This document shows positions 49,230-62,560 of a stretch of DNA of 64,000 bases, piece after piece. The translations under genes were made by a program, and so were the position numbers. The first letter of the stretch is position 1. Each line of letters starts with the position of its first letter. The stretch lies in NCBI RefSeq assembly GCF_037042905.1, contig NC_087251.1, forward strand, positions 3,722,001 to 3,786,000. The letters run 5' to 3'. The notes beneath the pieces were generated by a model. That model saw only the letters and a list, made by a program, of their open reading frames with translations. It did not search any database and was not told the DNA's origin. The stretch is from Lytechinus pictus. Its lineage: Eukaryota.

Positions 49230-49857
49230 GGCAGCGTCGTCAACTTCAAATCTTACCTGAAGGTTAAGTTTTTGATGTGTCATCATAACTTAGAAAGTAT
49301 ATAGACCTTGTTCATGAAACTTGGACATAATGGTTATCAAGTATAATTAACACCCTGCCTGAGATTCAGATCACATGACCAAGTTCAAAGGTCATTTAGG
49401 GTCAATGAACTTAAGATTATATGTTGGGGGAATCAAAACAAAATCTTAACCAAGGTTAAGTATTTTGAATATCATAGCTCTGAAAGTATATGGATTAGGG
49501 ATCTAGTTCTTGAAACTTGGACATCAGTGAACATCCTGCGTGAGTTTCAGATCACATGATAAAGGTCAATGATCTTTGGCTGTATTGGGGGTATTTGTTA
49601 AATTGTCATCATAACTTTGAAAGTTAATGGATCTAGTTCATGAAATGTGGACATAAGAGTAATCAAGTATCACTTATAGTCTTGCACAAATCTTTGGTCA
49701 CATGATCAAGGTCAAATGTCATTTAGGGTCAGTGAACATAGCATTTTATCAAAATATTTTTTGTGAATGATTATTCTAAAGTTGTTTTCAAAGTCAGCAC
49801 TGCTGCTATATTGAATCGCATAATGCAGGCGAGACTGCTAGAGGCACTCCACTTGTT
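49230..49857 (+). mobile_element. Tsp/DINE-1-like HINE, copy 4 (5'-truncated, more diverged)
   Basis: Central repeats and 3' end ATGCAGGCGAGAC..CCACTTGTT. Confidence 0.75.
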
Positions 49858-50356
49858 TTTACTTGTTATGAAGATTGAAGAATGAAGGCCAAAAAATGTG
49901 TGTTATTAACATTTTATATGTGTCAATGTTCTTCATGTTGCATACATCTTTACTGGTATGTCTTTAAAAGGAGAATAAGTTTGAATGGATTAAAAGAAGA
50001 AATGGTAAATTATGATGATGATTTACAGCATCCGATTGTCAAGCAGAAAATAAGAGTAACTGGTAATTGCAAATTTTAGCAAATTTTTATTCAAGCTTAA
50101 AAGCCAGTTGTGACAACAATCTCAAAATTATTTCAAACAGAATTATATAAAATGAATACCCAAGTGTTTGTGTAAATGTACAAAAAAGAATATGTACCAA
50201 ATTATTCTGATAGACAATGTAAAGATAAATCAGCAAAATAAGCATGAATTCCTGGCGGGTGACAGGTCTTTCTGATGCACATCTACAATGGTATGGTTAC
50301 AATTGACCAGTTTCTCATGAAATTATTGTTTGTTGTGACTTCTCAAGTGTAACTTA

Positions 50357-51106
50357 CCCTATCTAGGCCGGGGGGGGGGGGGCCTCGGAGGTCCCCCAAT
50401 GATTGGCGCTATATTTTCGCCGCGCAAATTTTTTTTACCGTGCCGATCGCTGACTTTTTACTTTCAAGTCTGCACATCTTTTGAGACCAATTTTGGGACG
50501 CCCGGGTACACGGTTTCAAGATTACGCAATATTTTGTAAGTGCATGTCGGACCAAAAATTGCTCAAAAACGTGATTTCTTGTACAAATTCAATTGATGTA
50601 AATTGTGTTTTCAACCAAAAATCATAAATGCATGATTATTTTTAGTTTTGCTGGTCTAAATGGATTTACTTTATGCTGTTTATGATCTCAAAAGAGTCCC
50701 CAATTAAGTTTTTTTTAATGAAAAACAAAAGGTGAAAAAATAAATACATAAGAAATTGCAAAAAAAAATATAATAGGAAATTAACCTGATATCGCAATAT
50801 TTTTCATGTACATTTGCTAAAAACACTATAAAGAGGTTCTATACCTGAAATTAGAACATTGGAATGTATATTTAGGGAGTTAGAGGAAAAAGTATGATTT
50901 TACATACTAATTACGCATAAATTAGCATAATCACTTAAAAGCAATTTGCATGCAATAAATTACTATACAATTTTGTAGATTATGTCCCAGACAATCTGCG
51001 TGCCAATTTTTGGCGCAATCGACGGCCGAGATCTCAAGGGGGGCCTGCAAAGCCCCCTCCCGGCCACATTATCTCCCGAAATACTAGTACCCCAGACTAG
51101 ATAGGG
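50357..51106. mobile_element. piggyBac-like MITE (CCCT..AGGG)
   Basis: TIR CCCTATCTAG; right flank TTAA at 51107-51110, left flank degenerate (CTTA). Confidence 0.7.
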
Positions 51107-51110
51107 TTAA

Positions 51111-51643
51111 AGGTCAAGTCCACCCCAGAAAATGTTGATTTTAATCAATAGAGAAATATCAAACAGGCATATCACTGAAAATTTCATCAAAATCAGATGT
51201 AAAATAAGAAAGTAACAACAATTTTAAGTTTCGCTTATTTTTCACAAAAAAGTAACTCCGTGACGTGCAATTGAGAGAGTCGATAATGTCCCTCACTCAC
51301 CATTTCTTTTGTTTTTTATTGTTTAAATTATTATAATATTTCAATTTTTACAGATTTGACAATAAGGACCAACTTGACTGAACCATATAATGTTAAAACA
51401 ATCATGGTAATACTAATACCACATGTTCAGGGAGGATTAACACTTTGTTTCACAGGACAACAAGGAGAAAATTTGAATATTTCACATTTCATATAATAAA
51501 TTACGAAAGAAATTGTGAGTGAGTGATGTCATCAGTTCCCTCATTTGCATACCAACCAGGATGAGAATATAACTTTCTTTTTTTATTAAGCGAAACTTTC
51601 TCTTTTTATTCAAATCAACTTTTTGTTGGGGTGGACTTGTCCT
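51111..51643. mobile_element. Kolobok-like MITE, paralog of 13978-14576
   Basis: TTAA|AGGTCAAGTCCACC..GGTGGACTTGTCCT|TTAC. Confidence 0.75.
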
Positions 51644-53724
51644 TTACAGTGATAGTCAACTGGCATAATAAATGGTGCCATCTTAGGCGTGATTCATATG
51701 AGTGCCTATCCCATAATCCATTTTGCCCTGTAGAAGAGTAAAGGTGCTTGTTGTGTATCAGTTTATAGGCTAATTAAGGCTAAATGTTAAAGGGGTTCTT
51801 TATTGCACTCTTCCAAATCTCACATGAGAATGGAATTTCTGAGTTGAGCATACTTTGATATCTGAAAACTCTGAATTATATAGCAATTTATGCAGCAAAT
51901 TGTGTGCTGACCATGAATGCCTTCCATTTGCCATGTTCATTTAATTAAAAAACACTTTATTCTTTGTCCCAAGTAACAAGAAATATTTGTTTCAAATATT
52001 TGTTTCTATGCTTTTCATTATCATGTTGAGCTGCATCTCTGATTAGAGAAAAAGTAATGAATGGAAATCAAAGTTCATCATTTTAGTACTGAGTAGATTG
52101 CAGTAGAGTTTGTATAATATACAATATATTGTTTTTACCTGGAGAATCCATTGCTTTCTTGTTTCTCTGCTTGTTCTAATTTATCTACTTTTATCCAAAC
52201 AAAACTCTATAAAGGATTAACTATCCTTCAACAAAATTTAGAGATGTTGTTTTAATGTATTAAGCACTACATGCAGTATATGAAAGATAAAAGCATTGTT
52301 ATTACGTTCATCGTTGTGGAAATATAGTGCCATGTGTATTGTTCAATTATATTTATTTGTACAGTATTAAAAAAAAATCATGTTATCTTATTGGATAGGA
52401 TTACAGCAAACAGCTGGACACTTTGGTTGACTTCCTTTTTTGAGGGATTCAATGTAAAAAAAGGTGTTTTAATTGATCATTTTCTAACCTCTCAGAATGA
52501 ATAATTTCATGAAAATACAAATGCTGTTGCACTAGTTGTATGTGAGCAGTCAGTTGACAATGTGGATATTGCCTTTGATTTACTTAAGTTTTGTATTTTA
52601 CAATGAGATACTGAAAGATTTCTTTTATAGCTTTAGCTTGTAAAATTATATAGATTCTATGTATTGATATTCCTTTAAATGCAGCTTTTGAATTGTGCTT
52701 CCATTTTTTGTTCAGTATGTTGGTTTTGTATACTTTTTTTTACAAATTGTTGACAGGGGAAAACAATTTTCCCAAGAGATCACTGTAAAGTTTAACCAAC
52801 TGGAGAATTATTCAGATTTTAGCAAAATAAAATGTTTGTGCATACTGTTTATCTCTGCATAGGGGGATATGGTATCTATTTATCTCTTTTTAACTTCTCT
52901 ACTTTTCCTCTTCTCTTTTTTTTCTTCTCTTCTTTTTCTCTTCCCCTCCTCCTCTTTCTACTTATACTCCCCATTTTCAATCTCTTCCTCCTCCCCTTTT
53001 TTCGGTTTCTTCTTATTTATTTGTAGTTCAGCAATATTTCTACCAAGCCTTTCAAATTCATTATAATGTAGACAATAATTCATTCACAAAACATATATAC
53101 GGTACGAGAAACAAAAGTCAATAATTAAGGTTTACACGTCCATTCGTTGTTTATTTGTAAATCCTTATTAGTAGTATGCCGCTTCGTATCAAATACAATT
53201 TTGTTGAAAAGACCTGTAATGTTCACATTGTACTAAGTTTGTATAGAAGTGTTGGTCATGTCCAAAATATTTTTGTACTTTTCAAATTCATCTTGTACAT
53301 GTATTCTCTTTTTCAAAGATCAGCAAAAGCAAGTATTGAGAAAGTAAGTTACTTCATAGTTTAGCCTATCTTCATGTTTGAATTTTGATATCATATTATT
53401 ATCTTTGGCAAGTTAAGGTTATATATGTATCAGTTTTGTCAGATTATTTTTGGTACATTTGGCATTAGTGTTAATATATTGTGCACTGTATTTATGAGCA
53501 ATACAGAGCCATACATTGTTGAGGGCAATATATTTTGTATTAATAGTAATACTAATTTTCAAATGTCAAATGATGTTCCTGGTTCTTGCCATTTACCATT
53601 CACTGCTATAATTATTTACATATTTTTGTATTGGTAGATGAAAGAGTTTATGATTGAATAAAATAGTGGAAATAACTATGAAGACATATTATTTTTTTGT
53701 CTAAGTACAATATGGTTATGGCTA

Positions 53725-54395
53725 ATAGTGATAATGATGTTGCATTGAGGATATTGTTGGTGAATGTAATAGTGATGGTGAATGTAATAGTGATGGTGGA
53801 GGTATGATGATGAGAATGAATCATGGAGATGATGATGTTGATGGTGGGTATTGTGATGATTATGATGATGATAGAGGATGTGGTGTTGATTGTGGTGGTG
53901 ATGAACTGATGATGATGGCAATGTCAAGCTCTTAGCCATGGGGGGGGGGGGGGTTCAGTGGGTTCATTCAAACCCCTCAAATTTCAAAAGCAGGAAAAGC
54001 AGACGAAAAGGAAAGGAATTGAACCCCCTAATTGAAAACCCTTGCTACGCTCCCAAATTTGGTGATGATCATGGTTGTGGTGATGGTTGTGATATTGGGA
54101 GTGATGAAGATGATTGTGGTGGTGCTGGTGGTGGTGATGATAATTGTGATGGTGATGGGACTTATGTTAGTGATTGACAAGAATCAAGATGGATAATGTG
54201 AATGATTATGTTGGTGGTGGTGCGGTGATGACCGGGGTGATGATCATGTAATGATGGTGGTACTGGTGGTGATGACCATGATGATGTTCATATTGTGATG
54301 GTTGGTATTTATGGGGCTTGTGCTAGAACTGATGATGATGGATCAAGATGAATAATGGGGATGATTGTTGGGTTGGTGATGGTGGTGGTGGTGGT
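53725..54395. repeat. Degenerate (GAT/GGT)n simple repeat region with a small poly-G insertion
   Basis: Runs of GAT/GGT triplets; source of the His-rich spurious ORF. Confidence 0.8.
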
Positions 54396-55057
54396 GTTTT
54401 ATAAAATGGGAGCGAGTACTAGTACCATTTTACTTACTGACTTCAAAGTCTCGTCGAATCGATACCATTATGATGACATTTCTGCATACTTTCACAAGTG
54501 TACAGCAAAATTATTTTGGATGGATTTTGTCAATGACGTGACACTTAAGGGGGAGGAGGGAATAATTAAAACAGTTTCACTTTTATTTTATTCATTGTTC
54601 TCAATCACAAAAACATATATTTAATACATGATGGGCAAACTAGCAAACACTAACAGAAGGAGAAATAAAAACGGAAACTACAAATAATCTTGTCAAAACC
54701 TGAATAAGGTAGTTCCCAATAAAAGAGAGAATATGGTATATAGTATATCAATAATGCATGATCACGTAGGAACAATGTTAATAACAACAATACAAATCAA
54801 GTTATCCTAGCAACACCTCCAACAATTGTACAAAGAAGGGGCTCATGATAAGCCTAAAAAGAGTAAGTTGCTTTTATTATTCGTCAATATGTTTTTAAAC
54901 CTCGCTTTGATGTAGTTTATATATGGGCCTACTTATTTATATATATATATAAGTATACTTTAGTTCGTCTAAGAATATTCCAAAGTATTGTGTAGAAATT
55001 CGTTTTAATGGCCTACGGGGTATGAAAAGTACGTAATGTACTTTGAGGGGTACTCCT

Positions 55058-55562
55058 GTGGCCCGTCTTGTAAAGAGTTGCGGTTGATCCTATCAATCGC
55101 ACCTATGGAAAGCCAGCAAAGTCAACATGTAAAAATGCATGTTTGTTCAAAAAAATTCTAGATATGAATGTATTTAGTATTCCGTTTTTCAACATGCAAT
55201 ATTTGGTGTAAGAGTATTTATATATTTTATTTATGTCTTGGGAGCGGCATGTGTGGGGGTTCATGCCTTCGGGCAACAGTGATGAATTTCGCTTTTGTGC
55301 CCCCTGACCCACATGCCGTTCCCGCCTTTCTTTTCTTTGCAAGCGCATGTACTGTAATTGTTTTTTTTTTCTGATGTAATGTGTATGTACTGTTTATATT
55401 GGTCGAATAAATAATAATAATATATCCATAAATTTATTGATTTCTTGATGTGTTCTACTGTGTTTACAAAGGACATTCTGCAAATTTCCTGTAGAAAAAA
55501 GATGGATTTCCATAGAGTTACGATTGATTGGATCAATCGTAACTATTTGTAAGACGGGGCCC
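55058..55562. mobile_element. Harbinger-like MITE nested in a decayed AGGGGTACTC element (about 55046-56242)
   Basis: About 55-bp imperfect TIR GGCCCGTCTT(G/A)(T/C)AAA..GATCC(T/A)ATCAATCG; TSD not clean. Confidence 0.6.
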
Positions 55563-55874
55563 TTGCTTAAAAAATTACCTGAACAGATAAAAAAAATCAG
55601 ACAAACGAAACACCAAAAATTTCATCAAAATCGGAATTACAAAGTTCTGACATTCTTACGCTTTGCATTATTTCGGTGAAACGGTTTTTTGCTTGTATGA
55701 GCAAACTAATGATGTTATGCACATCTCCGCCTATTCTTTTGTATTTTATCAAATAAATTAAGTCAGATCTTGTTTTCCAAGAATGAAACAAAAATACACT
55801 GACTGCTGATTTGATATGTAAGATAATAATTGCTGTACTTTATCTTGTAACAAGAGTGACTATTCATGTACACA

Positions 55875-56000
55875 CAGTAGCGGACCGTGACCCGGAGGAG
55901 ACAAAGCATTGGGGGGGGGGCACTGCATTGTCTGTGAACAATGCTGTGCCCCCCCCCCCCCCCCAATGCTTTGTCTCCTCCGGGTCACGGTCCGCCACTG
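55875..56000. mobile_element. 126-bp near-perfect hairpin hAT-like MITE
   Basis: CAGT(A/G)GCGGACCGTGACCCGGAGGAGACAAAGCATTGGGG arms; 8-bp TSD TGTACACA/AGTACACA. Confidence 0.82.
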
Positions 56001-57328
56001 AGTACACATGTATATAAAAAAAATTAAGTAATTATGATTTCATGTATTAACATAATAAGGAAACTGGGAACATGACATCATATCAGCCTACCTAGCTATT
56101 TCATATTCATAATGACACGCTTATAACTGTTTTTTTCAAGCAATATTGCTATAGTTTAAAATACAATAACTTCGCTATTTAGTTGAAATTTGATGAAATT
56201 TTCAGCTTTTTGCTATATATTTTTTTAGCACGGAAAACAACTTTAAGATAAAACAAACGTGTGAAACGTAATAAATATCCAAAGAAAATGTTGATTCATA
56301 TTAGTTGAGTTTGATTACCTCATGAAGCGTTTTGACAAGTCACTATTTAAAGATAGATTGTTTGAAACAATGAAAAAGGTCATCTTAATTAATTCGGACT
56401 TGCCAAATTCTCCACAATCATTTCAAATTTCATTTCGATATATATATTAAGTCATTCTTTCAATTTTTCTTTCATTCTCTCCTCCATCTTTCTCTTATTC
56501 CATCCATCAGTGCTTTTCTTATTATGAAGCAAATTATAACGAATTCGTTGTAAACTTCCCACACCCTGGCGTCTGACTATAGCTACTATGCAATGCCGCC
56601 GTATCTATGACGAGTTTATCAGATAGTTACGTAATACATGATAAAAAACTGTTAATCAACATTTGGTGCAAATATTGTAAACTTGCAATTTGCCACATCA
56701 CTACAACTATTTGGTCCTTGAAACTAGTGTGCAAATAATTGAATACATGTACTGACATAACTTTGTTGCATTGAGAAAGACGTGGACCTCTCCGTGAATG
56801 AAGGGATTCACCATGCATGGGGCATTAAAAAGAACTTGATGTTGAAATCCGGACATAGCGGTGGAGGCTAATTTCTCATTTGCTTTTTAGGGCTCAAAAA
56901 GCCCCGCTTGAAACATTTTTATAATAAAACTTGTTTGCTTCAGTACCTCTATCATTTCAAACGGATATCTCGTAAACACGCAGGACTTTGGAGATTGATG
57001 ACCTTCTTATAGAGTTGAAAAGAATATTTTACTGATCTCGGGAACTTCTTTTAGTGACAGAAACATTTGTGAAATATAACATTGAAGTCACTTTGATTTT
57101 TGGAGTCACCAAGAGCTCACACAAGTTTATATAAATGACTTTTTATATTTCACTTAAAAAAACGACAGAAAGTGGAAGTGCTGGAACAAAACTTGACTCC
57201 ATTTTCGAGTATCAATATGATGGGCATAATCGATGTCATTGGAAATACCAGAGCAGATGTGATAAGTGAATTATCAAGCTCAGTATCGGTGATTCCTTAC
57301 TGACAATATTGGGTTTGTATCAGTCGCG

Positions 57329-58498
57329 ATGTATCAGAAAGAGATACGAAAACGAATCTCAGATCACTCTCAAAGAGTCATCCAGAATAATGAATGCGAG
57401 AGACGTCTACTAGATGGGAAGATGGTCTTAATGAACAAGGAACATCTCCGACAGTTACGTAACCATGACATCGAAATGCTACAACTTAAACATGAAATTA
57501 AGATGTTCAATAATATCAAAAGGGAACTCGCCAACGAAACACACGACGGAATCAAATTGAGAAATCGACCAAGCACTGTCGAATTGATACGTCATGTTCC
57601 AAATAAGATGACGAGATCGCGGACTTTCGCGCCAGAAGTTGTGGCAAAAGAAGATGAAACTAAAAGAAAATTATTATTCCCGCAGCTTGATGAAAAAATG
57701 CGCGATAATTCTAAACAAACCGAAACCTTGAAATACGAGCAGACTGGCGAACAACAAGGTGATTATCAAGAAGGCAATCGTCGAAAGGGTTTCATTAAAG
57801 AAGATAAATTCGCACTTAAAAGTGATCGACGAAACAGTGTCTTCGACAGATCGGCGGGAAATAATAATTCAGGACAACATGTTCTTCCAGAATTACCAAA
57901 ACATCTTCAAAGATATGATCATCGGCGACCAACAGATGACTCAAGGATGAACGGAACTTTCAGAACTCACGGAACCTCAGGTACGCAGCTGTCGATGGTG
58001 CATAGTATTGCTTGGTTAAGCTTCCGAGAAAGACAACATGTCATGAATCCTTCATATACACCAGACAACAATGACGAAGTAGATGAAGACGATGATGGTG
58101 ATGATGATGGTGACGTAGATGACGAAAATGAGAAACAAAATTACTTAAATCAATCTTCAAACAGTGCATCCAAAAAGGTTGGGGAGAAATCCAATTTGAT
58201 ATCTGCATCCGATTCGGCACTCTACCCATCACGCTTCAATAAACTTATGATAGACGAAGGTGACGATGATAACGATACACCGGCATACCGTAGTCAATAT
58301 CTTTCTTACTATAATCTTAATCGCACGAATTTCACCGAAGTGAAAAAGACTGAGAATGACTTGATGAACATAATGACTCGCTCTCAGATTAAGTTTGGTC
58401 AAGGACGTCATATTGCAGCTCGATTAGAGCGTCGACGTCTCCTTCGTAGCTGGAATGCTCGATCTCTTCCAACATCACAAAACATCGACGAAGACTGA
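57329..58498 (+). CDS. Uncharacterised 389-aa protein with N-terminal coiled coil and acidic tract
   Basis: 1170-bp open frame in unique, non-repeat DNA; helical heptad region NNECERRLLDGKMVLMNKEHLRQLRNHDIEMLQLKHEI; no TE motifs recognised. Confidence 0.75.
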   Translation: MYQKEIRKRISDHSQRVIQNNECERRLLDGKMVLMNKEHLRQLRNHDIEMLQLKHEIKMFNNIKRELANETHDGIKLRNRPSTVELIRHVPNKMTRSRTFAPEVVAKEDETKRKLLFPQLDEKMRDNSKQTETLKYEQTGEQQGDYQEGNRRKGFIKEDKFALKSDRRNSVFDRSAGNNNSGQHVLPELPKHLQRYDHRRPTDDSRMNGTFRTHGTSGTQLSMVHSIAWLSFRERQHVMNPSYTPDNNDEVDEDDDGDDDGDVDDENEKQNYLNQSSNSASKKVGEKSNLISASDSALYPSRFNKLMIDEGDDDNDTPAYRSQYLSYYNLNRTNFTEVKKTENDLMNIMTRSQIKFGQGRHIAARLERRRLLRSWNARSLPTSQNIDED

Positions 58499-59047
58499 AA
58501 ATAATACGTATATGTAATCTTAATAGCACTCAATAGCGTATCACACATAGCAGATTGTATGCCCAATGCAGACCCTCAAAAGGTGAAATTAAACCGTTAT
58601 GATTACCATTAAATGAAACAATGACACCTAATAACTTGATAATGTTATTTATAATACGTTTTCCTTCCATGATGGGTATACAGTATAATTTAATTTCATC
58701 AGATGCATTGATTTATACATTATTATATCGGTTGTGTATATATGGATACTGCCTTTCATTTTTGAGAGCTATATGTTCCGTTTTCTTTTAAAATCTATGA
58801 TTGTATTCAATAATGAAGGATGATCTATGACAGCATGAAGCAATTCAGTATTAATATAAGTAGTGTGTGTTTCCCAAAGTTATGCGAACGATGCATGACA
58901 GCGGATACACTTTAAAGATCACAGTTTGTGAGATTTGAACAAAATTATATCTTTTAACTTATCTCATAACAAAAAAAAACAAAAAACTGCAATCTATTTC
59001 TGGAGAGTGGTGTTATTGATTGTAATTTGACTACGGTAGATGAGCTA

Positions 59048-60284
59048 CCCACTGGGCAATTTGTACGCGATTACCAATTTTACCGGTTATTACCGGTAAT
59101 ATCACCCGGAAATTTGAGTAACACCAAATATTACCGTTATTACCATGTTATTACCGAAATTATAATTCCTGTTGATACCTGTTACTGTTATCACCCTGAT
59201 GAAACCTACATTTACCTAGTTACAACAGGGTGATGGGGGGTATTAAGGGTAATGTTGAATGACTTTGATTGGTTATAACATTGCAAACTTTAGTAATAAG
59301 AGCAATCTTACAGCAATCCCAGCGAAATTTTCAAAGTCCAAAAAATTACTGTTATCACCCTGATGAAACCAACATTTTACCCAGTTACAAACAGGTTGAT
59401 AAGGGGTAATGGGTAATGTTGAAACGCTTCCATTCCCAGACAGCAAAGTATCTGGATCGCATACGGTTCTTATCTGGGATATCTGGGTCCCATATGGGCC
59501 CACATGGAACCCAGATGAAAACATATACTTGAACCCACATGGTGCCCAGATAGGACTCAGATGGAAACGAGACCTCCAACCCATGCGGAACCCATTAATA
59601 TTGGGTAAATGGAGTAATATCAGATGGTAATATCAGGAAAATTCTGGGAATATTAGTTACTCATGAATATTCATTACTACAATAAATGGCCAAAATTTTA
59701 GCTAATATAGCTGTAATAATTAATGTGTTTATGTTTATGCAATTATTCCACCCAGAAAATTTTCAGAAAAATGTGTAGTTTATATATTATTAGTCATAAT
59801 CATGACATTAATTTTAGAAAAATGTTTTAGGGTTGAATAATTGTTAACCATAATTTGTCAAGTGTTGTAAACTCGCTCAATATATAGAAGTAAATGACAG
59901 GGTTTGGTGGATAGGTGTAGGATAGGATTAGGATTAGGATGTAGGATTTTAGGATAGGATAAGATGATATGGCTTAGAGTATGGAGTTGTAAAAATGTGC
60001 TTCAATGACCCTAATGACACTAATTGTTTTTTTAATGAGCCGACATTAATTGGGTAATATTGGGTAAACAGAGTAATATGAGGTGGTGATATCATTAAAA
60101 TGCTGGAAATAGTAGTTACATCATACTGAGAAATATTGGGTAAATGGAGTAATATCAGGTCCAGGTATAATAAGAGGGAAGGATTGGTCTACTATTTCCC
60201 TGTTATTACCCACTGTTGTTACCGTAGTAATATCCATGTTATTAACATACAACCCGGGTAATGTCAGGTAAAATGCCCAGTGGG
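59048..60284. mobile_element. CCC-terminal EnSpm/CACTA-like non-autonomous element, 2-bp TSD TA
   Basis: TA|CCCACTGGGCA..TGCCCAGTGGG|TA with many subterminal TTACC/GGTAA repeats; contains a CCCAGACAGCA-type fragment at 59435-59594. Confidence 0.7.
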
Positions 60285-62560
60285 TAATTCCACATACATG
60301 TAACTATGTAAGTTAGCCAGTACTTCGGTCACATATTTACAGTTTCATATACGATATTGTAATCTAACTAAAATCCCTTTTAGTGTAGTGATCAATGATA
60401 AGAGAAAAACGGTAAGATGTGAAATGAAGATTTCATTAAAAATCCGACAACAAATAACGAAGTTTTAATATGCTCGTCGCCATGAATATTCATTAGATGG
60501 GCTGATGATATCTCATCCAGTGTTGTAGTCAAGGCTCAAACCTCCAAGAACAAGAACGGCAGAACATATTTTTGTTCGGGGGTGGTCAAAACCAAAAATG
60601 GCACTTATATGTCAAAATGGGCATTTTTGGTGCAAACATATATTTTCAAAATGAGATTATCAACTGCGTGAAGTAGTTGTGTGTTTTGTAGAAACTAAGT
60701 TGAGTAAAGCCTTGTTTAAAGTGATTTCTAATTGATGAGATAGATATTTTTATTTAGGCTTTACTTTTCCGCGAGCAAGCGGTTTAAAAAAAAAATCTAT
60801 TCTGAAGTTGTAAAACTCGATTTTGGTCAATGACGGCGCTAATCACTGTTAAATAGGCATCCTTGTGAGATGTTGCCAGCACGAATCATGAGCTCGAACT
60901 TTTGGACTTTTCTTGTAATAAGACATGAAAATGAAATATTCCATTTTTTTTTGTAATCAAGAAAAAGATATGTATCTAACTAAAGAATTAACGCGCGCGC
61001 AAAGCACAAGCTAAAATTTTTAGTATAGGCCTACTGACCAGAAAAGGAAGCTGTTATAGGGACTGCATTTAGTGACTCATAAATAGGATACATATCTCAC
61101 CAATCAAATAACGCGAGCGTAAAGCGCGAGCTAAAAAATTTGTGATATTCCAACCTGAAAACTGGACATTCTAAACATTTTTGTAACCATGAACAGGATT
61201 AGTACCGTATACTAAAAAGTAATTGATGCGAGCGCGGTCCAAAATTGGTTGATTTTCGAACCTAAAATGTATTATGTTTAACTCTAAAAAGGGTATTTCT
61301 TTTTGACAAAGGGCATATTTTATTTGGAAAAAAGGGCATTTCGACTTTTGAAAAGGGGCATTTTTTCCTACAGGGAATTTTTCGGGGGGGGGGTCAAGAG
61401 AGCACAAAGTGCAAGTTGTGATTTTCAAATGCTGACCTGAAAAATGAGTCATTTTAGGACTCTTGTCAGTTTTCATGGTTTTTTCTGCTTACAACCACTT
61501 TTAAATTTCAATTTTCATTATTTGTATCTTCTCTTCACTTATTTTACCTCAAAACCAGAATAAAGAATACTAACAAAATAAAGTTATATTCAAAAGTATA
61601 TAAAAATAAACAGGGCACATCCCATACCCTTAGTTGGGGAGGGTAAATCTTAATTTATTCTTGAAACAGTGAAATAGAGTTCTCTAGTGACGCAAAAACA
61701 AATATTTTGTTTATTTCATTGAAACTGCAGTGAAATGAAATTCACTGTCGAACCATATGAATAAAAAGAAGTAAACATTTTTTTTACTTTGTTTTGTCCA
61801 TCTGAGACACTAGACCCAAAACAAAATAAATACAATTTAGAAAAGATGTACTGCCTATCAACATATTAACTGATATTGCAGTATATTCTGCCTAGAACCA
61901 GCCAAATGTATCACCCCCCATCTTTCTTACGCCCTCACACTTTTTACCACTTCTCCTCTCTCTTTCTCTCTTCCAATTCCTCTTTCTCGCCTGTTTAAAA
62001 ATATCAGCCCCAAAGAGAGAGGGAGAGAGAAGAAGAAGTTCCACCACCGAGAATGAAATTAGAAAAGGAAAAACGGAAAAGAAAAGGAGTAAATGTTATA
62101 TTATTTTCCTAAATATATTGTCACAATCTATCACAAATTTAGCTTTTCTTATAGTAAGAGGGTGAAAATTTTGCTCGCTCGCTTCAATCCCTTTCAACTT
62201 TTTTGGCAGAAATTTTGCTTTATATGCCATGTTTGGCCCCTCATCATGACACTGACATAGCCCATTTCGATATGAAAAAATCGAAGATTATGTTCAAGTT
62301 TACCAAATCTTTCAAAACATTCTTGTTGCTAAAGAAAATAATACAAGGAAAATTCTGGCTAATGGAATAGAAATCAACCTTTCTTTAGAGTTAGCTATTT
62401 CTTAAGTATGAAAATTGTTGTCAAAATTGCAGTCAGATCTGTCAGAATTATTCCTGTCATCAAATCATTATTATAAATATTGTCATTATCATCATCAGTC
62501 ATGATTACAACACATTACCAAATAATGCTATTTTCATTACTGTTTTCTTTGTTACATACA

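Noticed and set aside
53676..54177. His-rich and Gly/Asp-rich ORFs
   Set aside because: They are translations of GAT/GGT microsatellite.
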